Notes: a model not told the origin generated them from the letters alone. 64,000 nt of DNA from Candidatus Limnocylindrales bacterium (GCA_038328755.1 JBBQMH010000004.1:2193-66192), one strand, 5' to 3'; positions 54,328 through 64,000 are shown, counted from the stretch's first letter. Numbers and translations are program-made.

Positions 54328-54681
54328 TCAGACCAACTCGATCTGGACGATTTCGGCCGCATCGCCCGATCGCTGACCGATCTTGACGATCCGGGTGAAG
54401 CCGGACGTCCGATCGGAGTATTTCGGTGCGATTTCGTCGAACAGTTTCGCAACGACGAGCGGTTCGTTCGGGAAGTCCGAGACGACCGAACGTCGCGCGG
54501 CGAGGTCGCCGCGCTTGGCCAGCGTGATCATCCGCTCGACCTGACCCTGGACTTCCTTGGCCTTGGCCTCGGTCGTCTTGACGCGCTCGTATCGAAGGAT
54601 CGAGACGGTCAGGTTCCGGAACATCGCCAGGCGGGGCCCGGTCTTGCGGCTGAGCTTTCGTCCGTCAATTCGATGGGCCAT
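54328..54681 (-). CDS. rplQ: 50S ribosomal protein L17
   Basis: MAHRIDGRKLSRKTGPRLAMFRNL...TTEAKAKEV. Start at ATG 54681. Confidence 0.95.
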   Translation of the reverse strand: MAHRIDGRKLSRKTGPRLAMFRNLTVSILRYERVKTTEAKAKEVQGQVERMITLAKRGDLAARRSVVSDFPNEPLVVAKLFDEIAPKYSDRTSGFTRIVKIGQRSGDAAEIVQIELV

Positions 54682-54682
54682 C

Positions 54683-55690
54683 TCAGGCGTCCTCGCCCTC
54701 GAACGGCTCGTCGCCGGCGTCTGCATCATCAGCATCGGCAGCGCTCGAGGTCAGGTCGTCGCTCTCAGGAAGGATGAACCCGCGCATGAGCAGGCGCTCC
54801 TTCATTTCGTCAAGCGACTTCTTGCCGAAGTTGCGCATCCGGAGGAGGTCGTCGTCCTTCAACTGAAGGAGCTGACCAACCTTCACGATGTTGTTGCGCT
54901 TGAGCGAGTTGTACGCCCGCATCGGCAGGTCGAGCTCCTCGATCGGCATGTCGAGCATGTTCGGCGGGAGCTGGGGCGCGCCGGCGACCGCATGCTCGGT
55001 GGCCAGCGGAACCTGCCCGACTGTCACGAACGGACGGAACTGATCCATCAGCATCTGCGCTGACCGGCTGAGGGCTTCCTCAGGCGTCAGGGTCCCGTCG
55101 GTCTCGATCTCGATCGTCAGCTTGTCGTAGTTGGTGATCTGACCAACCCGCATGCTCTCGACCCAGTAGTTGACCTTCCGGACCGGGGCGAAGATCGCGT
55201 CGACGGCAATCACGCCGATCGGCAGCGCCTCGGCTCGTTCCGCGCCGAGGTAGCCAACGCCACGCTCAACGGTGAGGTCCATCTCGATCGTCACGTCATC
55301 GGCATCGAGCGTCATGAGCACGAGCTCGGGGTTGACGATCTCGATGTCGGCGGACTCGATGAGGTCCGCGGCCAGGACCGGCCCGGCGCCGCTCTTGGAA
55401 AGCCGCATCTGGACTGGGTGCGAGGCGAAGCTCTTGAGGCGGAGCTTCTTGACGTTGAGGACGATCTGGGTGACGTCTTCCTTGACGCCGGGGATCGTCG
55501 AGAATTCCTGGTACACGTCCCGGATCTGGATGGACGTCACGGCCGCTCCTTCGAGCGATGAGAGGAGAACGCGCCGAAGCGCGTTGCCAAGGGTGACGCC
55601 GTACCCGGCCTGGAGCGGTCCAGCCTCGTACTTGCCGTAGGTGCCGACTTCCTCGACGGGCTCGATCTGCGGGGTCTCGACTTCGATCAT
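54683..55690 (-). CDS. rpoA: DNA-directed RNA polymerase subunit alpha
   Basis: GYGVTLGNALRRVLLSSLEGAAVTSIQI and C-terminal domain ELDLPMRAYNSLKRNNI. Confidence 0.97.
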   Translation of the reverse strand: MIEVETPQIEPVEEVGTYGKYEAGPLQAGYGVTLGNALRRVLLSSLEGAAVTSIQIRDVYQEFSTIPGVKEDVTQIVLNVKKLRLKSFASHPVQMRLSKSGAGPVLAADLIESADIEIVNPELVLMTLDADDVTIEMDLTVERGVGYLGAERAEALPIGVIAVDAIFAPVRKVNYWVESMRVGQITNYDKLTIEIETDGTLTPEEALSRSAQMLMDQFRPFVTVGQVPLATEHAVAGAPQLPPNMLDMPIEELDLPMRAYNSLKRNNIVKVGQLLQLKDDDLLRMRNFGKKSLDEMKERLLMRGFILPESDDLTSSAADADDADAGDEPFEGEDA

Positions 55691-55699
55691 GGGATGGGG

Positions 55700-56326
55700 C
55701 TACCTCGAGTAGAACTCGACCACGAGCTGCTCGTTGAGATCGAGCGGCATCTGGTCGCGTCGGGGAAGGCTCAGGACGTTGCCCGCCAGGCGAGCCGGCT
55801 CCAGGCTGAGCCACTCGGGGGCCTGGTGCGAGCGAAGGGTCTCCTTGGCGGTCTTGAACGGCTCGAGTTCGCGATGGGATTCGCGGATCTCGATCCGGTC
55901 GCCAGGCTTCAGGTGATAGGACGGAATGTCCGTCGGGATGCCGTTGACCGTGAAGTGGCCGTGGGCCACGAACTGCCGGGCCTGTGCCCGGGAGGCTGCA
56001 AACCCGAGGCGGAAGACCACGTTGTCCATCCGCGTCTCAAGGAAGCGGAGAAGGTTTTCGCCCGTCACGCCATCCTCGTGGGAGGCCTGTGTGAAGTAGT
56101 TCTGGAACTGTCGCTCCAGGACGGAGTAGACGCGGCGAACCTTCTGCTTCTCACGCAGCTGGATGCCGAAGTCGCCCATCTTCCGGCGACGTACGCCATG
56201 CTGTCCGGGCGGGCTCGGGCGACGCTCGAAGGCGCACTTCTTCGAGTAGCAGCGCAAGCCCTTCAGATAGAGCTTGGCGCCCTCGCGGCGGCACAGGCGA
56301 CAGACGGATTCGGTGTATCGGGCCAT
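55700..56326 (-). CDS. rpsD: 30S ribosomal protein S4
   Basis: MARYTESVCRLCRREGAKLYLKG. Confidence 0.97.
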   Translation of the reverse strand: MARYTESVCRLCRREGAKLYLKGLRCYSKKCAFERRPSPPGQHGVRRRKMGDFGIQLREKQKVRRVYSVLERQFQNYFTQASHEDGVTGENLLRFLETRMDNVVFRLGFAASRAQARQFVAHGHFTVNGIPTDIPSYHLKPGDRIEIRESHRELEPFKTAKETLRSHQAPEWLSLEPARLAGNVLSLPRRDQMPLDLNEQLVVEFYSR

Positions 56327-56342
56327 TGGTTCCTGTCTCCGC

Positions 56343-56738
56343 TCAGACTCGACGCCGCTTCGGCGGGCGACAGCCGTTGTGCGGGATGGGGGTGACGTCG
56401 GTGATCGCGGTGACCTCGAGGCCAGCCGTCTGGAGCGACCTGACGGCCTGCTCCCGGCCGGCGCCCGGTCCCTTCACGTAGACCTCGACCTGGCGCATGC
56501 CGTGCTCCATCGCCTTGCGGGCGGCGATCTCGGCGGACATGGCGGCAGCGTAGGGCGTGCTCTTGCGAGAACCCTTGAAGCCGGCCACGCCGGAGGAGCC
56601 CCAGCTGATCACCGCGCCGGTGAGATCAGTGATGGTGATGATCGTGTTGTTGAACGACGCCTGGACGTGAACGTGCCCCTGGGGGACGTTCTTCTTCTCT
56701 CGGCGGCGCTGCTTGACGGCCCGCTTCCGTTCAGCCAT
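56343..56738 (-). CDS. rpsK: 30S ribosomal protein S11
   Basis: [18 protein letters not shown]...[10 protein letters not shown]. Confidence 0.97.
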   Translation of the reverse strand: MAERKRAVKQRRREKKNVPQGHVHVQASFNNTIITITDLTGAVISWGSSGVAGFKGSRKSTPYAAAMSAEIAARKAMEHGMRQVEVYVKGPGAGREQAVRSLQTAGLEVTAITDVTPIPHNGCRPPKRRRV

Positions 56739-56759
56739 ACGATTCGCGATCCCTCGTCA

Positions 56760-57137
56760 TTACTTGGTGGCCTTGCGGCGGGCGCCGACCGTCTTCTTTG
56801 GTCCGCGTCGCTGTCGGGCGTTGGTCTTCGTTCGCTGCCCACGGACCGGGAGGTTCCGCCGATGGCGGAGTCCGCGGTATGAGCCGATCTCGATGAGTCG
56901 CTTGACGTTGAGGGCTACCTCGCGTCGGAGGTCACCCTCGACCTTGAAGCGCCGATCGATGAGCTCCCGGAGGCGGTTGACCTGCTCCTCGGTCAGATCC
57001 CGGACACGAGTGTCACCGTTGACGTTCGTCTGGGTCAGGATCTTCTGAGCGGTGGGCAGTCCGATTCCGAAGACATAGGTAAGCGCAATTTCAACGCGCT
57101 TCTCGCGTGGAATGTCGATGCCGGCGATGCGTGCCAT
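56760..57137 (-). CDS. rpsM: 30S ribosomal protein S13
   Basis: [26 protein letters not shown]. Confidence 0.97.
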   Translation of the reverse strand: MARIAGIDIPREKRVEIALTYVFGIGLPTAQKILTQTNVNGDTRVRDLTEEQVNRLRELIDRRFKVEGDLRREVALNVKRLIEIGSYRGLRHRRNLPVRGQRTKTNARQRRGPKKTVGARRKATK

Positions 57138-57144
57138 CGGACTG

Positions 57145-57258
57145 CTACCCCTGCCGTTGCTTGTGCTTTGGGTTGGTGCAGATGACCATCACGGTTCCGT
57201 GGCGGCGAATCACTTTGCAGTTGTCGCAGCGCGCCTTGATGGAAGCTCTGACTTTCAA
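57145..57258 (-). CDS. rpmJ: 50S ribosomal protein L36 (37 aa, TTG start; absent from the ORF track)
   Basis: Hand translation of the minus strand gives (M)[36 protein letters not shown] then a stop. TTG at 57258 with GAGGA about 5 nt upstream. Canonical position between infA and rpsM. Confidence 0.9.
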   Translation of the reverse strand: MKVRASIKARCDNCKVIRRHGTVMVICTNPKHKQRQG

Positions 57259-57305
57259 CGGATCCTCGAAGATTAGGGCTGCCAGGGCAGCCGGGCGGTA
57301 TCTGG

Positions 57306-57524
57306 CTACTTCAGCCGGTAGGTGATGCGACCCCGTGTCAGGTCGTACGGAGAAAGTTCGACCCGAACGCGGTCCCCCGGCAGGATGCGGATGAAGTTCA
57401 TCCGAAGCTTGCCGGAGATATGGGCCAACACGCGGTGGCCGTTCTCGAGCTCGACGGCAAACATGGTATTCGGAAGCGGTTCGAGAACCGTACCTTCAAC
57501 CTCGATTGCATCTCGCTTTGCCAC
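57306..57524 (-). CDS. infA: translation initiation factor IF-1
   Basis: [53 protein letters not shown]; GTG start. Confidence 0.97.
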   Translation of the reverse strand: MAKRDAIEVEGTVLEPLPNTMFAVELENGHRVLAHISGKLRMNFIRILPGDRVRVELSPYDLTRGRITYRLK

Positions 57525-57625
57525 GGGCGGTGCAGGATCCCTTTCTCGCGGCGAGTGCCGGCCCGGCGGGCCGACACACGAACGCGTAGCGTATCAGAAA
57601 CTGGCCACTCGGGGCAAGACGGTAG

Positions 57626-58402
57626 TCATATGGTCGTCAGGATCTCCGGGCCGTGCTCGGTCACGGCGATCGTGTGCTCGAAATGCGCGGCCAGCGAGCC
57701 GTCCGCGGTCACCACGGTCCAGTGGTCGGGCAGGAGCTCGACCTCGCTGCTGCCAATGGTGAACATCGGCTCTATCGCGAGGCACATGCCCGGCTGCAAC
57801 TCGAGCCCGCGGTAGCCGGTTCGGTAGTTCGGGACCTGCGGATCCTCGTGCATGTCGGTCCCGATGCCGTGGCCAACGAACTGCCGGACGATTCCCAGGC
57901 CAGCGTGCTTGCCGACATCCTCGACCGCGGCCGATATGTCGCCGACTCGATGCCCCGGCAGCGCCGCCGCAATCCCGGCCATCATGGCCAGGCGGGTCGC
58001 CTCGACGAGCTCTCTGGTCGCGTCATCCACCTGCCCGACGATGAACGTCCGGGCGGCGTCGCCATGCCAGCCATCGACGATGGCTCCGACGTCGACGGAC
58101 ACGAGCTGGCCCGAGCGAATCACCCGGTCGCCGGGGATGCCGTGCACGACTTCGTGATCAATCGAGATGCAGGTGCTGGCAGGGAAGGCCTGTGACCCCT
58201 TGCCGTATTTCCCGCCCCCGAGATAGCCCATGAAGGAAGGCGTTCCACGTGAAGCGCGGATGTGCTGTTCGGCGAGCCGGTCGAGATAGCCGGTCGAGAT
58301 GCCGGGCTTGAGCTCCGACTCCACGAGCGCGAGGACCTCTGCGACGACCCGTCCCGCGACCCGCATCTTCTCGATCTCGCGCTTCGACTTGCGTGACACC
58401 AT
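57626..58402 (-). CDS. map: type I methionine aminopeptidase
   Basis: KSKREIEKMRVAGRVVAEVL, VSVDVGAIVDGWHGDAA, FVGHGIG, FTIEP. Start at ATG 58402. Confidence 0.92.
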   Translation of the reverse strand: MVSRKSKREIEKMRVAGRVVAEVLALVESELKPGISTGYLDRLAEQHIRASRGTPSFMGYLGGGKYGKGSQAFPASTCISIDHEVVHGIPGDRVIRSGQLVSVDVGAIVDGWHGDAARTFIVGQVDDATRELVEATRLAMMAGIAAALPGHRVGDISAAVEDVGKHAGLGIVRQFVGHGIGTDMHEDPQVPNYRTGYRGLELQPGMCLAIEPMFTIGSSEVELLPDHWTVVTADGSLAAHFEHTIAVTEHGPEILTTI

Positions 58403-58409
58403 GCCCGGA

Positions 58410-59084
58410 TCAGGCCAGTCCGGTGGGCGCGGCGTCGCCGTAGCCAAGCGCCGCAAGGAGCCCGGCCGATACGTCCCGGATCGAGTGTCGCCCGTCGACG
58501 ATCCGGAGCGCCGAGGTGCGCCGGTAATGCGCCTCGACATCGGACAGATCGTCGAGGGTACCGCTCAGCCGAGCCCGGATCGTTTCCGGCGTGTCGTCGG
58601 TGCGCTGGATCAGGGGGGACCCGTCGACGTCGCATCGGCCGGCCACGGCCGGCGGGTGGAGCGTGACGTGGAACAGGTGCCCGTTTGCCTGGCAGACACG
58701 CCGGCCGGACAGTCGCTCCACGAGGTCCTCGGCAGGCACGTCGATCAACAAGGCGGCGTTGACGGCTGCATCATGCGCGGCCAGGAACTCGTCGAGCGAA
58801 GTGGCCTGGATGGCCGTCCGGGGAAAACCGTCGAGGATCGCGCCATCTTCTGCGTCCGGCTGGCGGAGACGCTCCTCGAGCATGCGGATCGTGACCTCGT
58901 CAGGGACGAGCTGCCCTGCATCGATGTAGCTCCTCGCCTCGAGGCCGACCGGCGTCTCCTCGCGGATCGCGCGACGGAACAGATCCCCGGTCGCGATGTG
59001 CGGGATCTCGAGGCGGTCCGCAAGCACCGCCGCCTGCGTGCCCTTCCCGGCGCCTGGGGCGCCGAGCAGCACGACGATGATCAC
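58410..59084 (-). CDS. adk: adenylate kinase
   Basis: VLLGAPGAGKGTQA, ILDGFPRT. The GTG start overlaps the secY stop (GTGA). Confidence 0.95.
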   Translation of the reverse strand: MIIVVLLGAPGAGKGTQAAVLADRLEIPHIATGDLFRRAIREETPVGLEARSYIDAGQLVPDEVTIRMLEERLRQPDAEDGAILDGFPRTAIQATSLDEFLAAHDAAVNAALLIDVPAEDLVERLSGRRVCQANGHLFHVTLHPPAVAGRCDVDGSPLIQRTDDTPETIRARLSGTLDDLSDVEAHYRRTSALRIVDGRHSIRDVSAGLLAALGYGDAAPTGLA

Positions 59085-60364
59085 CGGATGAAGCCCTCGT
59101 AGTTCCTCATCATCAGTTGGGCCTCGATCTGCTTCATCGTCTCGACCACCACCGACACGACGATGAGCAGGCCGGTTCCGCCAAGGGCAAAGCCCTGGAG
59201 GGACGGGTCGAGCACGCCTGCCAGCACGGGGGCGACGGCGACCGTTCCCAGGAAGAGTGCCCCGGCCAGCGTGATCCGGGACACGACCCGGGCGAGATAA
59301 TCCTGCGTCGGTCGACCCGGCCGGATTCCCGGGATGAACCCGCCGTTCTTGCGGAGCTGTTCGGCGGTCTCATCGGGTTTGAAGGTGAACGCGGTGTAGA
59401 AGTAGGTGAATCCAATCGTCAGGAGGAAGTACAGCAAGGCGTACTGGGGCGTCGTCGAGGACAGGAACCCTGCGATGGCAGTCGCCACGTCCCGAACACC
59501 CTGGACCGCGGAGTACGAGAAGTACAGGGCAAGCTGGGCCGGGAACTGGAGGATGGAGACGGCGAAGATGATCGGAATGACTCCTGCCAGGTTCACCCGA
59601 AGGGGCAGGAAGGTCTGGCCACCCTGATACATCCGCCGTCCCCGGACGCGACTGGCGTACTGGATCGGGATCCGGCGCTGGCCTTCCTGGATGTAGATGA
59701 TGACGCCGACAGCCACGATCGCCAGGACCGCGAAGAGCACGATGTCGCGGATCTGGTTACCCCCGCCGAGCAGGCCGCTCACGGCCGCCGGGGCGCGGCT
59801 GACGATGCCGGCAAAGATGATGAAGCTGATACCGTTGCCGATCCCCTTCTCGGTGATGAGCTCGCCGAGCCACATCAGGATCACGGCGCCGGCCGTCATG
59901 GACACCATCTGGACCCACGACATCGCGTTGCCGAGCCCGAAGCCGCCGACGATGATGCCGTCCGCGTTCAGCGCCGACAGGATGCCGAAGGCCTGGAGCA
60001 TGGCCATCGGGATCGTCAGGTAGCGGGTGTACTGGTTGAGCTTCTGGCGTCCGTACTCGCCTTCCTTGCTGAGAGCCTGGAGCGACGGAATGACGCCCTG
60101 CATCAGCTGCATGATGATCGACGCATTGATGTACGGGTTCATCGCGAGGCCCACCACGGACAACTGCGACAGGCCACCGCCTGCGAACAGGTCGATGACC
60201 CCGAACGCGGTATTCCGTTCGAAGAAGGCCGCGAGTTGCGTTCGATCCACGCCCGGGAGCGGGACCTGGGCTAGCAGGCGATAGACGATCAGGATCCCCA
60301 GGACGAACAGCAGCCGGCGCCGGATATCGGGCGCGCGGAAGGCATTGAGCAGGGACTCGAACAC
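59081..60364 (-). CDS. secY: preprotein translocase subunit SecY
   Basis: RRLLFVLGILIVYRL, GGLSQLSVVGLAMNPYINASII, and 10 TM helices. Confidence 0.97.
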   Translation of the reverse strand: MFESLLNAFRAPDIRRRLLFVLGILIVYRLLAQVPLPGVDRTQLAAFFERNTAFGVIDLFAGGGLSQLSVVGLAMNPYINASIIMQLMQGVIPSLQALSKEGEYGRQKLNQYTRYLTIPMAMLQAFGILSALNADGIIVGGFGLGNAMSWVQMVSMTAGAVILMWLGELITEKGIGNGISFIIFAGIVSRAPAAVSGLLGGGNQIRDIVLFAVLAIVAVGVIIYIQEGQRRIPIQYASRVRGRRMYQGGQTFLPLRVNLAGVIPIIFAVSILQFPAQLALYFSYSAVQGVRDVATAIAGFLSSTTPQYALLYFLLTIGFTYFYTAFTFKPDETAEQLRKNGGFIPGIRPGRPTQDYLARVVSRITLAGALFLGTVAVAPVLAGVLDPSLQGFALGGTGLLIVVSVVVETMKQIEAQLMMRNYEGFIR

Positions 60365-60366
60365 GG

Positions 60367-61059
60367 TCAGGCGTCCGTCGCGTCAGCTTCGGATGCGTCA
60401 GCGGAAGATTCGTCCGCGGAGGCGTCGCCCGGCGCGCCAGGATCCGCTTCGGCCATCGATGGTTCCGGTGCGGGATCCGCGGGTGTGTCGTCGGCAGGGG
60501 TGGAATCGGCGGGCGCGTCGTCCGCGAGGCCAAGCGCGGCATACGCCGCGGTCGGGACTTCAAGGATGGAAACAGATCCGCCCGCCGCCTCGATCTTCGC
60601 GCGCGCCGACGCAGTGATCGCATCGGCAACGACGAACAGCGCGGCCCGGATCTCGCCGTGGCCCAGGATCTTCATGGGCTTCTTCAGGCTCCGGACCAGG
60701 CCGGCAGCGCGCAGGACCTCCTGGTTCACGGTCATCGGCGCTGCTGCCTTGGACTTCTTGGCGCCAGGCATGTCTCCCGGCTCGAGGACCCCGCGCTCGA
60801 TCAGCGCGTCAATCGCCCCGATGTTGACGACTTCGTAGTCGATCTTGAAAGGGTTCTTGAAGCCACGAAGCTTCGGAATGCGGACATGGAGTGGAGTCTG
60901 GCCGCCTTCGAACCAGACCGGGATCTTGCCGCCGGCTCGGGCCTTCTGGCCCTTGGTGCCGCGTCCAGCCGTCTTGCCCTGACCGGCTGCGATTCCGCGG
61001 CCGACCCGGCGCTTCTTGGGGTGAGAACCCGGCGCGGGCCGGAGATCGTGCAGCTTCAT
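60367..61059 (-). CDS. rplO: 50S ribosomal protein L15 with an acidic Ala/Asp/Pro-rich C-terminal tail of about 60 aa
   Basis: [41 protein letters not shown] core, then the tail [21 protein letters not shown]...SEADATDA. Confidence 0.93.
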   Translation of the reverse strand: MKLHDLRPAPGSHPKKRRVGRGIAAGQGKTAGRGTKGQKARAGGKIPVWFEGGQTPLHVRIPKLRGFKNPFKIDYEVVNIGAIDALIERGVLEPGDMPGAKKSKAAAPMTVNQEVLRAAGLVRSLKKPMKILGHGEIRAALFVVADAITASARAKIEAAGGSVSILEVPTAAYAALGLADDAPADSTPADDTPADPAPEPSMAEADPGAPGDASADESSADASEADATDA

Positions 61060-61265
61060 TCCTTCTCCTGGGACTCGGCGGCTCCGAGCTCCTCGACGGA
61101 CACGAGAAACCGGACCTGACGGACCATGCCGCGGGTCGCGTCGTTGTCCGCGACGACGACCGTGCTGCCAATCCTGTGCAGGCCCAGGGCCCGGACAGTG
61201 GCGCGGTTGCGGGCGATATGCCCGATCGTGCTCTTGACCTGGGTGACGCGGATCTTACCGGGCAC
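61056..61265 (-). CDS. rpmD: 50S ribosomal protein L30
   Basis: [37 protein letters not shown] 61265 preceded by GGAGA. ATGA overlap with rplO. Confidence 0.9.
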   Translation of the reverse strand: MPGKIRVTQVKSTIGHIARNRATVRALGLHRIGSTVVVADNDATRGMVRQVRFLVSVEELGAAESQEKE

Positions 61266-61788
61266 GGCTGGTCTCCCCGGCGGGCTGGCCCGCGATCCGG
61301 CTGCGGAGGACGACGCCGCGACGGGCACCAAGCTCCTCGGCCGAATGAAGGCTGCGGAGGGCCTCGAGCGTCGCCCGGGTGACGTTCACGGGGTTGGTCG
61401 ACCCGTGGACCTTCGAAAGGATGTCGCGGATACCTGCCGACTCGACGACCGCGCGAACGGAGCCGCCGGCGACCACGCCGGTGCCCTGCGAGGCAGGCTT
61501 GAGCAGGACGCTGCTGGCGGAGTATTCGACCTTGATCTCGTGCGGGATGGTCGTCCCGACCATGGGGATCCGGATCAGGTTCTTCTTGGCGTCCTCGACG
61601 CCCTTTCGGATCGCCTCGGGAACTTCGCCGGCCTTGCCGAGACCGACCCCGACGTGGCCCGCACCATCACCGACGACGATGACCGCGCTGAAGCTGAAGC
61701 GCCGGCCGCCCTTGACGACCTTGGCCACCCGGTTGATCTGGACGACGCGCTCTTCGAGCGACAGCTTGTTCGGATCGATTCGTGCCAC
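61255..61788 (-). CDS. rpsE: 30S ribosomal protein S5
   Basis: [30 protein letters not shown]. Confidence 0.97.
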   Translation of the reverse strand: MARIDPNKLSLEERVVQINRVAKVVKGGRRFSFSAVIVVGDGAGHVGVGLGKAGEVPEAIRKGVEDAKKNLIRIPMVGTTIPHEIKVEYSASSVLLKPASQGTGVVAGGSVRAVVESAGIRDILSKVHGSTNPVNVTRATLEALRSLHSAEELGARRGVVLRSRIAGQPAGETSRAR

Positions 61789-61797
61789 GTCAGCTCC

Positions 61798-62160
61798 TTA
61801 GAAGTCGAGTCCGGCCTCGCGGGCCGCTTCGGCGAGCGATTTGACGCGCCCGTGATATCGATACCCTGCGCGGTCGAAGACCACACGTTCGACGCCAGCC
61901 GACTTCGCGCGCGAGGCGAGAAGCTGGCCGACCGCCGCCGCCCCCTGCGACTTCGTCCCGGTCGAGGAGCGAAGCTCCTTCTCCAGGGACGATGCGGCAG
62001 CAAGCGTACGGCCCGACGTGTCGTCGATGACCTGGGCGTAGATGTGATTGATGCTCCGGAAGACCGCAAGGCGCGGGCGCTCAGGACCCCCCTCCAGGTG
62101 GAGGCGAATCCGTTCGTGGCGCTTGCGTCGTGCGGCGCCGCGGCTGGCGACCTGCGTCAT
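61798..62160 (-). CDS. rplR: 50S ribosomal protein L18
   Basis: [13 protein letters not shown]...[18 protein letters not shown]...[24 protein letters not shown]. Confidence 0.97.
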   Translation of the reverse strand: MTQVASRGAARRKRHERIRLHLEGGPERPRLAVFRSINHIYAQVIDDTSGRTLAAASSLEKELRSSTGTKSQGAAAVGQLLASRAKSAGVERVVFDRAGYRYHGRVKSLAEAAREAGLDF

Positions 62161-62179
62161 CCTTATCGTCCTCTGATTC

Positions 62180-62731
62180 CTACTTCTTTCCGCCGACCTT
62201 GCCGGCCTTGCCGGCCTTGCGGCGGATCACCTCGCCGGCGTACCGCACACCCTTGCCCTTGTAGGGCTCCGGCTTGCGGGTGGCTCGCACCTTTGCGGCC
62301 ACCTGTCCGACGAGTTCCTTGTCGATACCCACGACGGCGAGCCGCGTCGGTGTCTCCACCTCGAAGCTGATGCCGACCGGCGGGTCGATCTCGATCGTGT
62401 GGCTGTAGCCCAGGCTGAGCTGGAGCTTCTGGCCGACGAGAACGGCTCGATAGCCGACCCCGGTGATCTCGAGGCCCTTGCGGTACCCCGTCGTCACGCC
62501 AACGACCATGTTGTTCACGAGCGTTCGCGTCAGCCCGTGGAGCTGCTTGTGCATCTTCTGTTCGCTTGGGCGGGCGACGACGATCGTCGCGTCCTCGCGA
62601 GACACCAGCATCTCGGGGTGAAGCGTTCGATTTAGTGTGCCCTTGGGCCCCTTGACCGTGACGTGAGAGCCGTCGATGGTGACATCGACGCCGCTTGGCA
62701 CGGGAACGGGAAGGCGTCCGATACGTGACAT
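62180..62731 (-). CDS. rplF: 50S ribosomal protein L6
   Basis: [31 protein letters not shown]. Confidence 0.97.
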   Translation of the reverse strand: MSRIGRLPVPVPSGVDVTIDGSHVTVKGPKGTLNRTLHPEMLVSREDATIVVARPSEQKMHKQLHGLTRTLVNNMVVGVTTGYRKGLEITGVGYRAVLVGQKLQLSLGYSHTIEIDPPVGISFEVETPTRLAVVGIDKELVGQVAAKVRATRKPEPYKGKGVRYAGEVIRRKAGKAGKVGGKK

Positions 62732-62738
62732 CGTCGGC

Positions 62739-63137
62739 CTACCAGACGAAGGCCAGGACTTCGCCGCCGAGCTGAGCCTTGCGAGCCTGCGCGCCGGTCA
62801 TGATCCCCTGGCTCGTGCTGACGATAACGATACCTAGTCCACCCAGGACGCGCGGAATGTCGGTCTTGCCCGCGTACACACGCAGACCGGGCTTGCTGAT
62901 TCGTTTCAGGCCCGAGACGACCGGCACCTTGCCGTCGACATACTTGAGCGTCATCCGGATGACGGTGCCCGGCCCCGCCTGCTCCTCGGTCCACTCGGCA
63001 ATGAAGCCCTCGGTCTTGAGGATTCGGGCGATTTCCCGTTTGGTCCGCGATGCCGGAACGGCCACCTCGAGATGGCGCGCCCGCGAGGCGTTGCGCACCC
63101 GGGTGAGCATGTCGGCGATTGGATCGGAAATGTTCAT
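62739..63137 (-). CDS. rpsH: 30S ribosomal protein S8
   Basis: [18 protein letters not shown]...EVLAFVW. Confidence 0.97.
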   Translation of the reverse strand: MNISDPIADMLTRVRNASRARHLEVAVPASRTKREIARILKTEGFIAEWTEEQAGPGTVIRMTLKYVDGKVPVVSGLKRISKPGLRVYAGKTDIPRVLGGLGIVIVSTSQGIMTGAQARKAQLGGEVLAFVW

Positions 63138-63144
63138 CGGCTTC

Positions 63145-63330
63145 CTACCAGCTCGACTTTGTGACGCCCGGCAGCTCGCCGACGAGGGCGCGCTCCCGGA
63201 AGCAGATACGGCAAAGTGCGAACCGGCGCATGAATGCCCGCGGCCGTCCGCAGACCGTACAGCGGTGGTAGCCGCGGACGGGGAACTTCGGCGTTCGCTT
63301 CGCCTTTGCGATCATCGATTTCTTGGCCAT
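63145..63330 (-). CDS. rpsN: 30S ribosomal protein S14, zinc-binding type Z (61 aa)
   Basis: [16 protein letters not shown]...[10 protein letters not shown]...LCRICFRE (CxxC...CxxC). Confidence 0.95.
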   Translation of the reverse strand: MAKKSMIAKAKRTPKFPVRGYHRCTVCGRPRAFMRRFALCRICFRERALVGELPGVTKSSW

Positions 63331-63346
63331 GGTCTCCTCCCCGCGC

Positions 63347-63892
63347 CTACGAGGCGAACGGCATGCCGAGCAGTTCCAGCATTCGCCGGGACTCCTCGTC
63401 GGTCTTTGCCGTTGTCACGATGGTGATCTCCATTCCGCGGAGACGGTCAACCTTGTCGTAATCGACCTCCGGGAATGCAATTTGCTCCCTGAGCCCGATG
63501 GTGTAATTGCCACGCCCGTCGAACGACCGACCTGGCACGCCGCGGAAGTCCCGGATACGGGGCAATGCCAGGAGCGTGAACCGCTCGAGGAAGTCCCACA
63601 TCCGCTGGCCACGCAGGGTGACCTTGACGCCGATCGGGTTACCCGTCCGCACGCGGAACTGGGCGATCGAGCGCTTGGCCTTCGTCACGATCGGCTTCTG
63701 GCCGGCGATCTGGGCAAGGTCCTTGACGGCCGCATCGACGGCCTTGGCGTTGGTCAACGCCTCGCCGAGGCCGATGTTCACGACGATCTTCTCGAGTCGC
63801 GGCACCTGCATCGGATTGACGTAGCTGAACTGCTTCTGGAGGCCCGGCACGACGTCGGCCTGGTAGCGGTCCCGGAGGTTGCTGGCAATCAT
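63347..63892 (-). CDS. rplE: 50S ribosomal protein L5
   Basis: [43 protein letters not shown] 63892 overlaps the rplX stop (ATGA). Confidence 0.95.
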   Translation of the reverse strand: MIASNLRDRYQADVVPGLQKQFSYVNPMQVPRLEKIVVNIGLGEALTNAKAVDAAVKDLAQIAGQKPIVTKAKRSIAQFRVRTGNPIGVKVTLRGQRMWDFLERFTLLALPRIRDFRGVPGRSFDGRGNYTIGLREQIAFPEVDYDKVDRLRGMEITIVTTAKTDEESRRMLELLGMPFAS

Positions 63893-64000
63893 GCCGTCAC
63901 CTCCAGCGCCTTGCCGCAATGAGCACAGGTCCGGATGCGGTGACCATCTTCAAGGGTCGCGTGTCCGATCCGGGTCGGCGTGTCACAGCTGGGGCAGACC
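63889..64000 (-). CDS. rplX: 50S ribosomal protein L24, C-terminal fragment (5' end outside window)
   Basis: Hand translation of the minus strand gives ...[36 protein letters not shown] then a stop (TGA 63891-63889). Canonical position upstream of rplE. Not in the ORF track. Confidence 0.75.
   Translation of the reverse strand, partial: VCPSCDTPTRIGHATLEDGHRIRTCAHCGKALEVTA

Noticed and set aside
1-64000. Mobile elements, prophage genes, tRNA/rRNA genes, CRISPR arrays
   Set aside because: No integrase, transposase or recombinase motifs appear in any frame. No intergenic gap is long enough or shaped like a tRNA, and there are no spaced repeat arrays.

Overview
GC-rich, very gene-dense bacterial chromosomal segment (strong GC3 codon bias). 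Its core synteny resembles Actinobacteria or Chloroflexi. No rRNA, tRNA, CRISPR array, transposase or integrase was seen. Nothing was searched against databases; all calls come from reading the supplied translations and the DNA.

Left part (1-28 kb, mixed strands):
- a ClC channel
- gcvP behind a tandem glycine riboswitch
- a nucleoside-salvage cluster (tdk, nucleoside hydrolase, GH3 hexosaminidase)
- two small unknown ORFs, then a split rifampin-phosphotransferase-like PEP-utilising enzyme and an MFS exporter
- modE-like/modA/modB with no modC
- malic enzyme, an MFS transporter, ppdK, fpr, an NfnAB-like oxidoreductase pair and glyQS

Right part (28-64 kb) is an almost unbroken ~36 kb minus-strand gene train with many 4-nt start/stop overlaps. 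In transcription order it runs rplX-rplE-rpsN-rpsH-rplF-rplR-rpsE-rpmD-rplO-secY-adk-map-infA-rpmJ-rpsM-rpsK-rpsD-rpoA-rplQ-truA-rplM-rpsI, argF, a TPR protein, cdaA-cdaR-glmM-glmS, acpS, an NAD(P)HX dehydratase, alr, four poorly characterised genes, tsaE-tsaB-rimI-tsaD, rsmA, ispE, ridA, glmU, a CorC-like protein, recO and a PPOX-like protein.

The best candidate for an undescribed system is the four-gene module at 38594-42144, wedged between alr and tsaE. It encodes a macro domain protein, an acidic 98-aa protein, a 547-aa protein with actin-like (ASKHA) ATPase motifs, and a 336-aa protein with a NusG-like KOW tail. The second candidate is the small-ORF + split PEP-utilising enzyme + MFS cassette at 9929-14625.
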